64,000 nucleotides of DNA from contig JAFXEX010000006.1 in NCBI GenBank assembly GCA_017520825.1, forward strand, positions 4,011-68,010. The letters are read 5' to 3'. Of the stretch, positions 20,330 through 29,812 are shown piece by piece (positions within the stretch are counted from its first letter, which is position 1; each line of letters begins with the position of its first letter). A model generated the notes under the pieces. It saw only the letters and a program-made list of their open reading frames with translations. It made no database searches and was not told the DNA's origin. The position numbers and the translations under genes were made by a program. Source of the stretch: Clostridia bacterium. GTDB lineage: Bacteria; Bacillota; Clostridia; Oscillospirales; SIG627.

Positions 20330-21178
20330 TTATTTCAATCCTTCAAAAGACACAAGCTCTATACCTGACTCGCATATAATCTTTTTTGTTTTTTCCGAAG
20401 TAAACATTTCAAATTCACGAATTCTCTGCTCAACAATCTTTCCAAAATATGGTGAATCGTTCCCTGTAGCAGGATGTATAACGTATTCACCGACATTTTT
20501 CTTCCCCCACACAATATGAGAGAACAAATGCTCTGGCTTATTAATGTCATTCACATTAAGGCAGACAATACGTCCTTCAGGTGAAACAATGCCTTTCTTA
20601 TGAGCATTAGACTGCCAAACATTCAACATTGCAGCCTTAATCGGTTCAGCTATACGCCATTTTAACGGCATGGGATGAGAGCTATCACTGCCCTTTACAT
20701 AAATTCTCTGATGGCTTCTCATTTTATTAATACCAAGCTCAGCAGCTGTATCAACAAATACTCGGTAAATTCCAAAATCTACGTGAGTATTCTGATGCGT
20801 GTTCCAATAATCAGGCTGACCCATTATTTCATAATAGAGATTATATTGAGCAATCAGCTCTTTCTTGATATCAGAAAATGAAATCAAATTTTTTCTTAAT
20901 CTTTTGCGAAACTCAGGATATGGATAAAATTCTCCAGCAGCATTAACCAATGTGGGAATTTCGTGGGCAGGAAGAATCGACTTTCCACACGCCAAAACCC
21001 AGTGAATGCCAACAGAAACGCCCTCTTTCGATTTTAATTTTACTGCGTCCTTATACAAAGGCATATTGGTCATAACATTTGTCGATGTAATGAGTCCGGC
21101 ATCTATGCCTGCATCAATTGCTTCATTAACTGCCTTAGACATACCATAATCATCGGCAGTAATAATCAACTTTTTCAT
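20330..21178 (-). CDS. ChbG/YdjC-family carbohydrate deacetylase
   Basis: MKKLIITADDYGMSKAVNEAI...GIHWVL is the typical YdjC signature. Confidence 0.75.
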   Translation of the reverse strand: MKKLIITADDYGMSKAVNEAIDAGIDAGLITSTNVMTNMPLYKDAVKLKSKEGVSVGIHWVLACGKSILPAHEIPTLVNAAGEFYPYPEFRKRLRKNLISFSDIKKELIAQYNLYYEIMGQPDYWNTHQNTHVDFGIYRVFVDTAAELGINKMRSHQRIYVKGSDSSHPMPLKWRIAEPIKAAMLNVWQSNAHKKGIVSPEGRIVCLNVNDINKPEHLFSHIVWGKKNVGEYVIHPATGNDSPYFGKIVEQRIREFEMFTSEKTKKIICESGIELVSFEGLK

Positions 21179-22647
21179 ATTCGTCTCCCTTTTTCAAACT
21201 TCGCTTTCTCAATGTAATATTTCATATAAGATGAAAACAGATAAGTAAATCCATTAGCCTTTGAAATTTTGATTACAATACTTTCATCGGTTTCAAAAGG
21301 AATATCTAACAATACTGCGCTGTTTTTTTGAATCAAATCAACATGAAGCATTGATAGCTTTCTTTCCTTACGTTCAACTGCCGTCCACGTATAAATAATA
21401 CTTCTACAATTAAATATGTTCAAATATGCCTGACCCAAGGTATTGTAAATTAAATTCTCTTGTGCAGCCCACCGTCCCATACGATTCTCTATTGAAAACA
21501 GGTCAAAGACATTGGTTTTTTCACCACTTGACTTTATTTCTTTTATCCATTGCTTCAATTGCATTTTGGATTCTTTGCTGTAATTATGTAATTTACAACG
21601 AAAATATGACGGGGTAGCAAAAATTGAAGGAATATCCCTATGTAAAGAGCATTTACCTACTTGACCGATAATATCACCGTTTATGATAGCCCCATCTCCA
21701 AAAAACTCTTTAATGGTCTGAGCAATTCTCAAGGTTCTCAACGAATAATTCCCGTTTCCAAGCAATCTGTCAATCTCGTCTTTTAATGTTTCCGATACAA
21801 TTACATCCTCAATCAACCTATGCTCAATGTTCACCTTTTTGCACATTGCAATGGGTACAGTTATATCTTGTGTATCGTTATTATGCTCCGGGTGCTTAAT
21901 GGTATAGCAACTGAATTTCTCTGTGCTTTTCAGCAAAAAGGACAAGACAACCCTGCTATCTCTGCCTGATGTAATTGGACAATAGATTTTATATTTGCTC
22001 ATATAAAAATTGAGAAGATTCTCTATCATTGGCAATACAATTTTAGTCGCTTTCTCAACTGAAATTGCCTTTTGCCTTTTAATCGAATTCACAAAACGTA
22101 TGGCTGATTGTTTATTAACATCTAAAAAGTGGTTAGGGATAAGTTGCTTAATCTGTCTGTATGGCGTTATATCATAGGGCATCGCCTGTGAAATATCACC
22201 ACTTTTTCTTATCAAATTAAGCTCATTGTCTACACAATAGTCTTTTAATTTTGCGATATAGTTACAATTACTTGAGCAAACAAATGCACCTTCCGTATTG
22301 TAAAAAATCGGGATGCTGCAAGTTGCATCTCCTTGTATGTAATACTGATCGTTGACTTTGAATAGTAGAATATATTTCCCACCCAAATTTTTTTCATACT
22401 CAACGACATCTTGGATTTTTTTGCATTTCTCTACAATTTCGTCAACGATATTATTACTTTTGTTAGAAACAACATTGGTAACTAATCCATAAATAGCACA
22501 CTCAACCACCCCATTGGAAGCATACTCAAAAGGAGTATTATGGTCCATAGAAATTGTGTATTTCCCAAATTCCTTTTCTACAGATAGCTCTGGAATAACA
22601 ACTTTGTCTTCAGTTATAAGATAGGAAAATACACACCCTCTGTCCAT
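21175..22647 (-). CDS. asparagine-synthase-like / PP-loop ATPase-like protein
   Basis: 490 aa. GGKYILLFKVNDQYYIQGDATCSIPIFY resembles the AsnB N-domain core, and CPITSGRDSRVVLS resembles a degenerate SGGxDS PP-loop. There is no N-terminal Cys nucleophile. Confidence 0.4.
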   Translation of the reverse strand: MDRGCVFSYLITEDKVVIPELSVEKEFGKYTISMDHNTPFEYASNGVVECAIYGLVTNVVSNKSNNIVDEIVEKCKKIQDVVEYEKNLGGKYILLFKVNDQYYIQGDATCSIPIFYNTEGAFVCSSNCNYIAKLKDYCVDNELNLIRKSGDISQAMPYDITPYRQIKQLIPNHFLDVNKQSAIRFVNSIKRQKAISVEKATKIVLPMIENLLNFYMSKYKIYCPITSGRDSRVVLSFLLKSTEKFSCYTIKHPEHNNDTQDITVPIAMCKKVNIEHRLIEDVIVSETLKDEIDRLLGNGNYSLRTLRIAQTIKEFFGDGAIINGDIIGQVGKCSLHRDIPSIFATPSYFRCKLHNYSKESKMQLKQWIKEIKSSGEKTNVFDLFSIENRMGRWAAQENLIYNTLGQAYLNIFNCRSIIYTWTAVERKERKLSMLHVDLIQKNSAVLLDIPFETDESIVIKISKANGFTYLFSSYMKYYIEKAKFEKGRRI

Positions 22648-22653
22648 AATGGT

Positions 22654-23769
22654 CTAATCCCCACTTTCTCCGTTAATGGTCTTATATATTGCATCATATT
22701 TTTCAGATATCTCTTTCCAATTGAATATTCTAGAATAAGAGATGGTATTAGAGATTATATCAGAAAAATCATTGATTACTTTTTCGATTCCGTCTGCTAC
22801 GCTTGTGGCGTCATATGCAGAAACGTGATATCCAACTGTTCCCTCCGGAAATTGATTATCAAACCCTTGACCTTCTGAATATATTACAGGCAACCCCTGA
22901 CTCATTGCTTCGGCATATACAAGACCAAACGATTCCGTAAATGATGGCATTACAAATATATTGTGATTGCGATATAACTCAACTAATGATTCTTTTGGCT
23001 TAGCAGGTAAACATTCTGTATACGGATCTTTTTTTACCATTTCGTACACTTTTTCATCTGCAACCTTTCCTACAACCGTAAGCGACACATTATATCCTCT
23101 TTCCCTGAGAATTGTGGCCGCCTTCTGAGTTGTTGGAATATTCTTATTGTGATCTATTCGCCCAGCATAAATAAGCTTTATCGCATTGTCTATTTTATTA
23201 ATACTTTCCGGTGGATTTGAAAACCAAAAATCATCAATTCCGTTAGGAATAATATGCGATTTTTTTTGTATAGCATCCTGATATTTTTCAGGGATGTATT
23301 TTTCAAAGACTTGTTTTCTGTATGACTCTGACAAAAAGAAAACTGCTTTGGCGTCCAACATGGTTTTTATTCCACGCTTACGTAAATGAGGCATTAAGCG
23401 AAAGAATGCATTCACGTCTGTGTTGCGTACTGCCACCACGTATGGAATTCCGTATTTGTTGGACAGTTTTCTAGCGCAATTTCCATCAGTAAATAGCGTA
23501 TATGCATGTATTAAATCATAATCTTTAACGCGATAATTAGACTCTAATGCCGACAAAATCTTTTGTTGCTTATAGTCAAAAAGTATTCTGTCCCATTTTT
23601 TAAAGCACTCACATACAAGTACGTTATTATTGGGTTTAATAACAGATAATTCTTTATCATACGTAGGAACGAACACACTGTTATCATATCCGAGCTTCTC
23701 TAGGTTTTCGACCATAAGCTGGTGTAAGGTAGTTCCAATATAATTACAATTTATATGTAATATACGCAT
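22654..23769 (-). CDS. glycosyltransferase family 4
   Basis: 371 aa; FVMPSFTESFGLVYAEAMSQGLP. Confidence 0.85.
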   Translation of the reverse strand: MRILHINCNYIGTTLHQLMVENLEKLGYDNSVFVPTYDKELSVIKPNNNVLVCECFKKWDRILFDYKQQKILSALESNYRVKDYDLIHAYTLFTDGNCARKLSNKYGIPYVVAVRNTDVNAFFRLMPHLRKRGIKTMLDAKAVFFLSESYRKQVFEKYIPEKYQDAIQKKSHIIPNGIDDFWFSNPPESINKIDNAIKLIYAGRIDHNKNIPTTQKAATILRERGYNVSLTVVGKVADEKVYEMVKKDPYTECLPAKPKESLVELYRNHNIFVMPSFTESFGLVYAEAMSQGLPVIYSEGQGFDNQFPEGTVGYHVSAYDATSVADGIEKVINDFSDIISNTISYSRIFNWKEISEKYDAIYKTINGESGD

Positions 23770-23781
23770 ACTTAAACCTCA

Positions 23782-25104
23782 TCACAATCTCCAATACTTC
23801 ATTCCACTTGCCTTCAGATCAGACACTTTATAAAGTCCTTTAACGTCAATTAAAACTTTTTCGGTATCGTCACATACCTTAAACAACTTCTTGATATCGT
23901 CCAGACAAAGAGCCTTAAATTCATCATGAGCAACAGCCACAATTACACAATCCACTTCTGTTACGTCTTCAAGTCGTGTAAGAGTGACGCCATATTCATG
24001 CATTGCATCTCTTTCGCTCGCCCACGGATCAACAACAATAGGTGTGATCTCATATTCGGCAAGTCGCTTAATAATATCATCAACCTTGGAATTTCTGGTA
24101 TCCGGACAGTTTTCTTTAAACGTGAGTCCTAAAATAACTACTTTTGATTTCTTGGGAGCTTGTCCTACTGCTATCATATTTTTGATAGCAGCGTCTGCAA
24201 CAAACTTGCCCATACCGTCATTAACAATACGTCCGTTGAGAATAATCTGACTATGATATCCGAGCTTTTCAGCCTCGTATGTAAAGTAGTATGGATCAAC
24301 GCCGATACAATGACCACCAACAAGTCCGGGACGGAAGCCAAGGGCGTTCCATTTGGTATTCATTCCATCTACAACTTCATTTGTGTCAATTCCCATTCTG
24401 TCAAATACCATAGCAAGTTCGTTCATAAATGCAATGTTTATGTCTCTTTGGCTATTCTCAACTACCTTTATTGCCTCGGCAGTTTTTATTGTAGAAACAG
24501 GATACGTTCCTACTTCAATAACCAGATCATAAACATTCTTTATTTCTTCAAGGGAATCTGCATCCATACCCGATACGATTTTTCTGATATTTTCAAGTCG
24601 GTGAACCTTATCCCCGGGATTAATTCTTTCCGGAGAATATCCCACCTTAAAATCGACACCACATTTCATGCCCGATTCTTTTTCCAAAATCGGTATACAA
24701 ACGTCCTCGGTGACACCGGGATAAACAGTTGATTCATAAACAACTATTGAGCCTTTTACAAGGTTACGTCCAACAATTTCGCTTGCGCCAATAACAGGAG
24801 TCAAATCGGGAGTATGGTCGGTGTTTACAGGCGTAGGAACAGCAACGATGTGGAATTTTGCTTTCTGCAAGTCCTTTTCATCAGCAGTAAAATAAACGCT
24901 GCTATTTTTAATTGCTTCGTCCCCTACTTCTTTTGTGGGGTCAATACCACTCTTATAAAGCTCAATCTTTGCCTTATTAAGGTCAAAGCCAATAACGTCA
25001 ATCCCCTTATTTGCAAAAGCTACTGCGATTGGCATACCTACGTATCCAAGACCTACAAGAGACAACTTCTCATCTTTGTTAACGATTTTATTATAAAGAG
25101 ACAT
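23782..25104 (-). CDS. UDP-N-acetyl-hexosamine 6-dehydrogenase (WbpA/TviB/Cap5O family)
   Basis: LVGLGYVGMPIAVAF and GGHCIGVDP motifs. The start was set at the ATG 7 nt after GGAGGAG; the ORF track extends to 25134. Confidence 0.85.
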   Translation of the reverse strand: MSLYNKIVNKDEKLSLVGLGYVGMPIAVAFANKGIDVIGFDLNKAKIELYKSGIDPTKEVGDEAIKNSSVYFTADEKDLQKAKFHIVAVPTPVNTDHTPDLTPVIGASEIVGRNLVKGSIVVYESTVYPGVTEDVCIPILEKESGMKCGVDFKVGYSPERINPGDKVHRLENIRKIVSGMDADSLEEIKNVYDLVIEVGTYPVSTIKTAEAIKVVENSQRDINIAFMNELAMVFDRMGIDTNEVVDGMNTKWNALGFRPGLVGGHCIGVDPYYFTYEAEKLGYHSQIILNGRIVNDGMGKFVADAAIKNMIAVGQAPKKSKVVILGLTFKENCPDTRNSKVDDIIKRLAEYEITPIVVDPWASERDAMHEYGVTLTRLEDVTEVDCVIVAVAHDEFKALCLDDIKKLFKVCDDTEKVLIDVKGLYKVSDLKASGMKYWRL

Positions 25105-25171
25105 TCTGATGCTCCTCCTCGAAAAAAATTTCATTTTAACTCTTCTTAAACTCTACGGAAAAGAAATAATA

Positions 25172-25978
25172 CTATATATCAGACTTCTTTCTGACGTAAA
25201 ATATTTTTTTCAATACACCAAAAAACATATTGACGAAAGTATGCCACAATACACTTATCAAACACATTTTTTCGCCATACTTAAATAATCTGTATTGATT
25301 GCGTAGTGATTTTTTTAGTCCACTATGCGACAAAGAGCTTTTGCGAATACGATATCTGGCCAAATTCTTATTAAACAGATAGCAAGTACAATGTCTGCAC
25401 ACCTTGAGCCAAATCGCATAATCGTTACGACTTTTCAAGGAGGGCTCTACTTGAACTAATCCCACCTTTTCACGGTTGTACATAACCGTCAAGCAACCAA
25501 TGTAATTGTATTGAAACATTTTATGCTTATTAATTTTACGGGGTCCTGTAACCTCTATATTTAGTGGATTAGACTGCTCGTCAATTTGTGAATACTCCGT
25601 ATATGTAAAAGCATATCCGTTATCGACCATGAACTTTAACTGTTCTTCCAATTTTTCGGGCACCCACAAATCGTCACTATCCAGAAAAGCAATCCATTTG
25701 CCCTTTGCCTCGCGCAGAGCCGTATTTCTACTGACAGCAGCACCACTGTTAGTTTCGTTTTGATAAACGCGAATACGCTCGTCTCTGAAAGATTTTATGA
25801 GTTCCAAAGAATTGTCAGTCGAGCAGTCGTCTACGAACAACAGCTCCCAATTGGTATAGGTTTGTGACAAAACGCTTTCTATCGTTTCTCTTAAAAATTT
25901 CTCTCCGTTATAGTTTGGCATAACGATAGAAACCAAGCCATAGTCTGTAACTTCATTTATTTGTCCGTTTTCGAGCAT
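25172..25978 (-). CDS. glycosyltransferase family 2
   Basis: VSIVMPNYNGEKFLRETIESVLSQTYTNWELLFVDDCSTD and DSDD. The start was moved to the ATG after GGAGGGG. Confidence 0.85.
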   Translation of the reverse strand: MLENGQINEVTDYGLVSIVMPNYNGEKFLRETIESVLSQTYTNWELLFVDDCSTDNSLELIKSFRDERIRVYQNETNSGAAVSRNTALREAKGKWIAFLDSDDLWVPEKLEEQLKFMVDNGYAFTYTEYSQIDEQSNPLNIEVTGPRKINKHKMFQYNYIGCLTVMYNREKVGLVQVEPSLKSRNDYAIWLKVCRHCTCYLFNKNLARYRIRKSSLSHSGLKKSLRNQYRLFKYGEKMCLISVLWHTFVNMFFGVLKKIFYVRKKSDI

Positions 25979-25999
25979 ATTAGCCCCTCCACTCAATTA

Positions 26000-26698
26000 T
26001 TATACTGTCTCAGCTTGCTTTTCCTCAGCAGGCTCCTTAGCGTCTTCGATGAACTCAACGGTTTCGCTGACTACACCCTCTACAACGTCGTCGCTCTTGA
26101 ATACCTTGACGATTGTCATGAAGAAAATCTTAATGTCGAGCCAGATTGAAAAATTTTCAAGATAATATGCGTCAAACTCTGCCTTCTTAGTGGGTTGAGC
26201 TGCAAGAACGTCACGTCCGTTTACCTGAGCCCAGCCCGATATACCCGGCACCAGCTGATGCACGGCGTATTTTTCTCTGGCTTCGTTCAGCTCGGTTTCA
26301 CAAGCCTGAGACGGTCTGTAGCCAATCCAGCTCATTTTAAAAGTGAGAATGTTGAATATCTGAGGTAATTCATCTATTGAAAGCTTACGGATTATTGCAC
26401 CCGTTTTCGTTATGTAGGAGTCGGCGTTTGCATATTCATAGCCTGCAACGTCGTGTCTCGCTTCAAGAGACATACTCCTGAACTTGACACAATTGAAAAG
26501 CTTTCCGTTTCTTCCGATTCTCTTCTGAACGAAGAAAACGGGCCCCTTGGAATCAAGCTTGATTGCAATAGCCGTCACCAAAAACAAAGGGGACAGAACA
26601 ATCAAAGCAAGAAAAGCTGCGCAAAAGTCAAATATGGACTTTATAACGCGATAAATTTTTTGACCGGAGGTCAATTTGTATGTATTAGTGTTTTTCAT
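26000..26698 (-). CDS. initiating undecaprenyl-phosphate sugar phosphotransferase (bacterial sugar transferase family)
   Basis: KRIGRNGKLFNCVKFRSM...DELPQIFNIL...PGISGWAQVNGR. First gene of the locus. The likely start is MKNTN after GAGGTG. Confidence 0.88.
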   Translation of the reverse strand: MKNTNTYKLTSGQKIYRVIKSIFDFCAAFLALIVLSPLFLVTAIAIKLDSKGPVFFVQKRIGRNGKLFNCVKFRSMSLEARHDVAGYEYANADSYITKTGAIIRKLSIDELPQIFNILTFKMSWIGYRPSQACETELNEAREKYAVHQLVPGISGWAQVNGRDVLAAQPTKKAEFDAYYLENFSIWLDIKIFFMTIVKVFKSDDVVEGVVSETVEFIEDAKEPAEEKQAETV

Positions 26699-27015
26699 TT
26701 GCTCCACCTCATTTTTTGATACATTATACCTCAAAAAAATTCGCAATAACCGTCGAAATATGTCTCCTGTTGATAATATTTTAGGACTCGTAGCCGATTG
26801 ATTGCGAATAGTATGCTGTCAGACGAAAAGTCAGAACGATATTCTTTAAGAAATAATGCGCATAAGTACAGTAATTCTATATTACTCTACCTAATCATTA
26901 TAGCACAACTTTATAAAAAGTCAAATACTTTTATGAAAATACCAATATTTATTACAACTTATAATAATACTTACTTATAAATCATAACAATCAATCCTCT
27001 TTTTTCTAAAATTTA

Positions 27016-27044
27016 TTGCTTTTTCCAAGCAGTTAGTTTATAAT
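27016..27044 (+). promoter_or_regulatory. sigma-A-type promoter of the 871-aa gene
   Basis: TTGCTT-17 nt-TATAAT, then the GGAGGTG RBS. Confidence 0.6.
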
Positions 27045-27065
27045 GACTTCGGAGGTGCAAAAGCT

Positions 27066-29681
27066 ATGAATAACGTTTATATTAAAACCAAATTCCTTGA
27101 AATAATCATTGACTCGCAGGGAAGAATGGTGTCTGCAATTGAAAGGGAGAGTGGAAAGAACATACTTAAAAACACGGGTGACTTTTTCTCCTGCCTTTAT
27201 ACTGAAAGAGCGTTTATAGAAAATCATATAGATATGTTTCCTGCAAACGATTATTTTTACGTTGCAGGACAGTTGGAGCCAACCTCGGCAGTCCCCATTC
27301 CCACGAAAGCTCTTGAGCGTCGTGGTGACACCCTTATAGCCCTTTACGAAAACGGAGTTGAAATACGTTTTGAAATAAAGGAATACGACGAATATTTTAC
27401 AATTCAGGCTATGGACAATTTGCCCGAAAAGGTTTATTCCGTAACCTTTGCCAATATGGAATTTGACTTTGACCGTGAGAATGATATTACACCCGTTGTA
27501 TTTGCTATGAACGTGAAGGTTAAGCCCCACTTCTACCCCACTCCAATTGAGGGGGCAACACGCTGTGAAATCTTCTCGAAAATAGATGCAAAGGGTGCAA
27601 AGGTTGCGATAACTACCGTAAAAGAAAAGGACCTTATCCTCCTTGAAAGACGCCTTGCTGACCTTTGCGACAAGAATGAGATGCCCGTATCCAAGGCAGG
27701 TGGTCCTTACGCAGACACGGTATCCGACGCAATAGGCACTTACGTTTTAATCAGAGATATTGACGATAGGTCGGACATTGACGGAATTGCCCAGCGCTAC
27801 AAGCATTTCGGCATAAAGCAGATAGACGTGCATCAGGGAACGGCTTACTCTTCGGCAGATTTTGCATTCGACCCTAAGCGTTATCCCGGTGGCATTGACG
27901 AATTCAGGGAAACCGTTGTAGAGCCTTTGAAAAAGCACGGCTTTACCATGGGCTTGCACCCCTATTCCTGCTTTTTTTCACAGCATTGTCATTCAATACT
28001 CTCAGACCCCGAAAGTCAGAAGCAAATCTACTGCTTTGAATATTTTACATTAGGCGAGGACCTTGACGCCGACTGTCTTGAAATGACCTGTCGGGAGGAC
28101 CTTTCGGGCGTTTCAAACGTTACGGGCTACAGAAACACCAACAGTCTTTTCCTTCTCATAGACGAGGAGTTCGTAAAGTATGAACGCACAGAGGGTAACA
28201 AATTTATACTTGCAGAGCGTGGAATATTCGGCACCAAGCCTTCGGCTCACAAGAAGGGGGCTGAAATCGGACACCCCGGTCTTATTTTCACCTATTTTTC
28301 TCCAAAATTCCAGAGTGAGCTGTTTTACAGAATAGCCAGAAACACAGCCGAGGCCTACAACCGAGGTGGCTTCAATATGATATACCTTGACGCCCTTGAC
28401 GGAATTCCTTTCTTTGACGAGGAATACGCGTGGTATCACATAGCTACCTTCGTGCTTGAGGTATTGAAATACTGTGAAACGCCTCCCCTTTTGGAATACG
28501 CTACCATGTTCCCACACATTTGGTATTGCCGTTCCCGTTGCGGAGCCTTCGACGTGCCCGTAAGATGCCACAAGGAATTCATAGACTTCCACGCGGAATT
28601 TAACGAAACACAGCCACATATGTACAATCTCCCCAGACTTCTCGGATGGTACAATTTCTATCCCCCTGCAAAGTTTGCAGAGGCTTTCCCTGGAAAGATT
28701 ATCCGATTTATGCACAAGGACGATGCAGACAACGCAGGCGCCAGAGCTATCGGCTTTGATCAGAGTATGGCGTATCACGTTCTGGAGGAATCAGTTCTTG
28801 AAAAATATCCTCAATTAAGGACAAATATTGAATGCTACGCTCTCTGCGAAAGATTGAGAAATAAAAAATATTTCTCCGACGAAACGAGAGCAAAGCTCCG
28901 TGACTTATCGAGAGAATTTGCCCTGACCGAGGAAAATGGAGAATATTTCTTCGAGGAATGGCATTGGGAAAGAGTCAAGGACAATCCCACACGCATTGAG
29001 TGTCCCTTTGAGCCCAAGGAGCTTGTTATGAGACTTGAGCCTCTGTACACGGGCGAGGGCGATGAATTGAAGCTCACCGACAAGGTGGGAGTAACACAGT
29101 TTGACCAGCTTCTCAACCTTGGCACCAAGCAGAGCGTCAAGCTTGAGGTGGAGGGCGTTGGTGACGGAGAATCCCAGCTTCTCGTTGAGATGAAAACCCC
29201 GATATATATGTCAAACGCCATTCTGTCCTACATATTTGACGTAGGCTTTGAAGGAAAGAAAACCTTTATCGTTGGCGAGGACGACAACGAAAAGGACAAG
29301 ACATACTTTGAAGGAAGCAATTCCAATATACGCACCAAATATATGGGACTGTTTGATTTTGCATCGGTGGAAAACGTAAAGGTGTTCGTCAAGGGCAAGG
29401 CGCCCAAGTCGTTTACTGTTTCGGCTATTGAAACGGTGCCTGCAGTATTCAACAGACCTTCGGTAACCGTAAACGGAGAAAGGTTGACCTTTGACTGCAC
29501 GGTGAAGTCGGGCGAATATATAGAGCTGACCACCTCGGGCGCAGTGAAGAAGGATATCTTCGGAAACGCCGAGCCTATCGAATACACGGGCAAGCTTCCC
29601 ATTGCAAGAATTATTGACGCAGAGGTTACGGCTGAAAACAAATCGGCTTTGACCTTCGGCTTCAGAGGAAACAGAATATAA
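27066..29681 (+). CDS. large cytoplasmic protein of unknown function (possibly TIM-barrel glycoside-hydrolase-like)
   Basis: 871-aa ORF with no signal peptide. Segments such as GIKQIDVHQG..YPGGIDEFRETVVEPLKKHGFTMGLH and GGFNMIYLDALDG are reminiscent of putative glycosyl-hydrolase-like families. I recognise no definite family. Confidence 0.6.
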   Translation: MNNVYIKTKFLEIIIDSQGRMVSAIERESGKNILKNTGDFFSCLYTERAFIENHIDMFPANDYFYVAGQLEPTSAVPIPTKALERRGDTLIALYENGVEIRFEIKEYDEYFTIQAMDNLPEKVYSVTFANMEFDFDRENDITPVVFAMNVKVKPHFYPTPIEGATRCEIFSKIDAKGAKVAITTVKEKDLILLERRLADLCDKNEMPVSKAGGPYADTVSDAIGTYVLIRDIDDRSDIDGIAQRYKHFGIKQIDVHQGTAYSSADFAFDPKRYPGGIDEFRETVVEPLKKHGFTMGLHPYSCFFSQHCHSILSDPESQKQIYCFEYFTLGEDLDADCLEMTCREDLSGVSNVTGYRNTNSLFLLIDEEFVKYERTEGNKFILAERGIFGTKPSAHKKGAEIGHPGLIFTYFSPKFQSELFYRIARNTAEAYNRGGFNMIYLDALDGIPFFDEEYAWYHIATFVLEVLKYCETPPLLEYATMFPHIWYCRSRCGAFDVPVRCHKEFIDFHAEFNETQPHMYNLPRLLGWYNFYPPAKFAEAFPGKIIRFMHKDDADNAGARAIGFDQSMAYHVLEESVLEKYPQLRTNIECYALCERLRNKKYFSDETRAKLRDLSREFALTEENGEYFFEEWHWERVKDNPTRIECPFEPKELVMRLEPLYTGEGDELKLTDKVGVTQFDQLLNLGTKQSVKLEVEGVGDGESQLLVEMKTPIYMSNAILSYIFDVGFEGKKTFIVGEDDNEKDKTYFEGSNSNIRTKYMGLFDFASVENVKVFVKGKAPKSFTVSAIETVPAVFNRPSVTVNGERLTFDCTVKSGEYIELTTSGAVKKDIFGNAEPIEYTGKLPIARIIDAEVTAENKSALTFGFRGNRI

Positions 29682-29774
29682 TAACCCCAAAGCGATGGTG
29701 TGGAAGCCATCGACAAAGCAAGGCTTACGCCTTTCAAGGTCTTGCGACCTTGGTTTTATGATATAGCAAAACAC

Positions 29775-29808
29775 AAAAAAGAAGCTCATTGAAATGAGCT
29801 TCTTTTTT
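29775..29808. terminator. bidirectional intrinsic terminator
   Basis: AAAAAAGAAGCTCAT-TGAA-ATGAGCTTCTTTTTT lies between convergent genes. Confidence 0.85.
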
Positions 29809-29812
29809 TCTT

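Noticed and set aside
27033-27530. 165-aa minus-strand ORF overlapping the start of the 871-aa gene
   Set aside because: It is antisense to a gene with a promoter, RBS and terminator, and it has no features of its own.
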